This document shows, piece by piece, positions 62,791 through 64,000 of a DNA stretch of 64,000 bases. The notes beneath the pieces are model-generated. The model did no database searches, was not told where the DNA came from, and saw only the letters and a program-made list of their open reading frames with translations. Location of the stretch: contig OX597823.1 of the NCBI GenBank assembly GCA_951406725.2, positions 4,340,001 to 4,404,000 on the forward strand, in the 5' to 3' direction. The stretch is from Octopus vulgaris (lineage: Eukaryota). The position numbers and the translations under genes were made by a program. Numbering within the stretch: the first letter of the stretch is position 1; each line of letters starts with the position of its first letter.

Positions 62791-64000
62791 CTCCATCTTT
62801 GTCTCTTTCTTCCTCTTCCCCTACTTCCTTGCATATTCATTTCCCTTCTTTCATTCTTTCCTCAGCACATGACCCTACCTTTTCATCCCGTTTCTCATCA
62901 CAAAATCCATTTCAACCTCAAACAATTATTGTTGCTAATCCAGGACCTTAAATAATTTCTTACATGGTCACAAGGCTAGAAATTTGAGGGGGTGGGGAGG
63001 AGTTAGCCAATTCAATCGATCCCAATACTTGACTGATTTTGTTTCATTGACCTTAGAAGGATGACATCAACAAAATTTGAACTCAGAATGTGAAGAGCCA
63101 ACTGAAATACAAGACATTTTATCCAATGTTCTGTTAATTCTGCCAATCTAAATAACGCACTTGTTTCTAATGCAGGCAGAAGGAAGAATATTATTGATTC
63201 TTTTGGTTCCAGTGCTTGGCTGGTATTTTTTATTTTGTCAACTCTACAAGGATGAACAGTAGAGTTTGACCTCCATTCAGAACGAAGTGCCTTACCAAAA
63301 ACCAGTGGGCTTTTCACCTGACCCTCTAACAGTTACACCAATCTGCCAAGTAATAAACAATAGGTAGTTGGGCACTTTGTTTTCTTACCTTGTGGTGTCA
63401 AGTTCAGTCCTGCTGCATAACACCTTGGGCAAGTGTCTTCTACTATAACACAAGCTGACCAAAGCCTTGTGAGAGGATTTGGTCAACAGAAACTGAACGA
63501 AGCCCTGGAAGAGGGATTAAAGATGATGATGATGGATAATGCAGTCCTAGATGCATTTGAATCATAGATCTGGTGAGTGAGGCTGACCAAAGCCTAAGTA
63601 ACAAAAACAACAGAGAGGTGCAGTGTGGCTCCCTGGACATGTTCCATTCTCAATAGAGAGAAGACCTGGCCATATACACAGAGACTGCACCCAAGATTTA
63701 TCCCTGCACATTGAAATTGCATTCATTCTAATTGCAGGGTTTCCAAAGAGAGGACCTCAACCAACCCGCACTCCCTGTTCTATTCCCTCCCACTGCTATC
63801 CAACTTGAACCTTGAGGGGATACCTACACACTCATCACCATTATTTTTATGTCCTTCTGGTTCTGCCCTAAAAGTGAGAAGCCATGTATCTCCTCTACAG
63901 AAGAAATTCGCTCTGGCCCTTCTCTCAAAGTTTACCCCCTCATAATCTAGCATAAAGCCACCTCCTTCAGGGAGCATAGTCAGCATTTTGCGTCCTAGGA

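Overview
AT-rich, repeat-dense animal genomic DNA. The SINE and microsatellite landscape resembles octopus/coleoid cephalopod genomes (inference). First part (0.3-19.6 kb): a tRNA-Asp(GTC) cluster with nine identical intact genes, eight of them in four divergent pairs sharing a homologous spacer (the fourth pair is inverted and much more diverged), plus two related pseudogenes and older tRNA-like relics. One pseudogene is split by a decayed near-full-length RTE-clade LINE, whose endonuclease DH motif is in turn interrupted by a 3.5 kb composite of Helitron modules carrying a ~165 bp tandem repeat and a PIF1 helicase fragment. Second part (24.5-59 kb, + strand): a nine-exon YIPF1/2-family (Yip1-domain Golgi protein) gene of about 308 aa. 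Its exon 8 has no canonical acceptor that gives an open frame, most simply a consensus error. Its introns hold CR1, RTE, Penelope, mariner, hAT, piggyBac and Helitron remnants and several foldback sequences, two of which carry inverted pairs of decayed hammerhead-ribozyme motifs. I found no clearly new protein-coding system. The best leads are the tRNA cassette architecture, the LINE-into-tRNA insertion, the hammerhead palindromes and the exon 8 anomaly. Repeat boundaries were read by eye and are approximate unless TSDs or termini are quoted.
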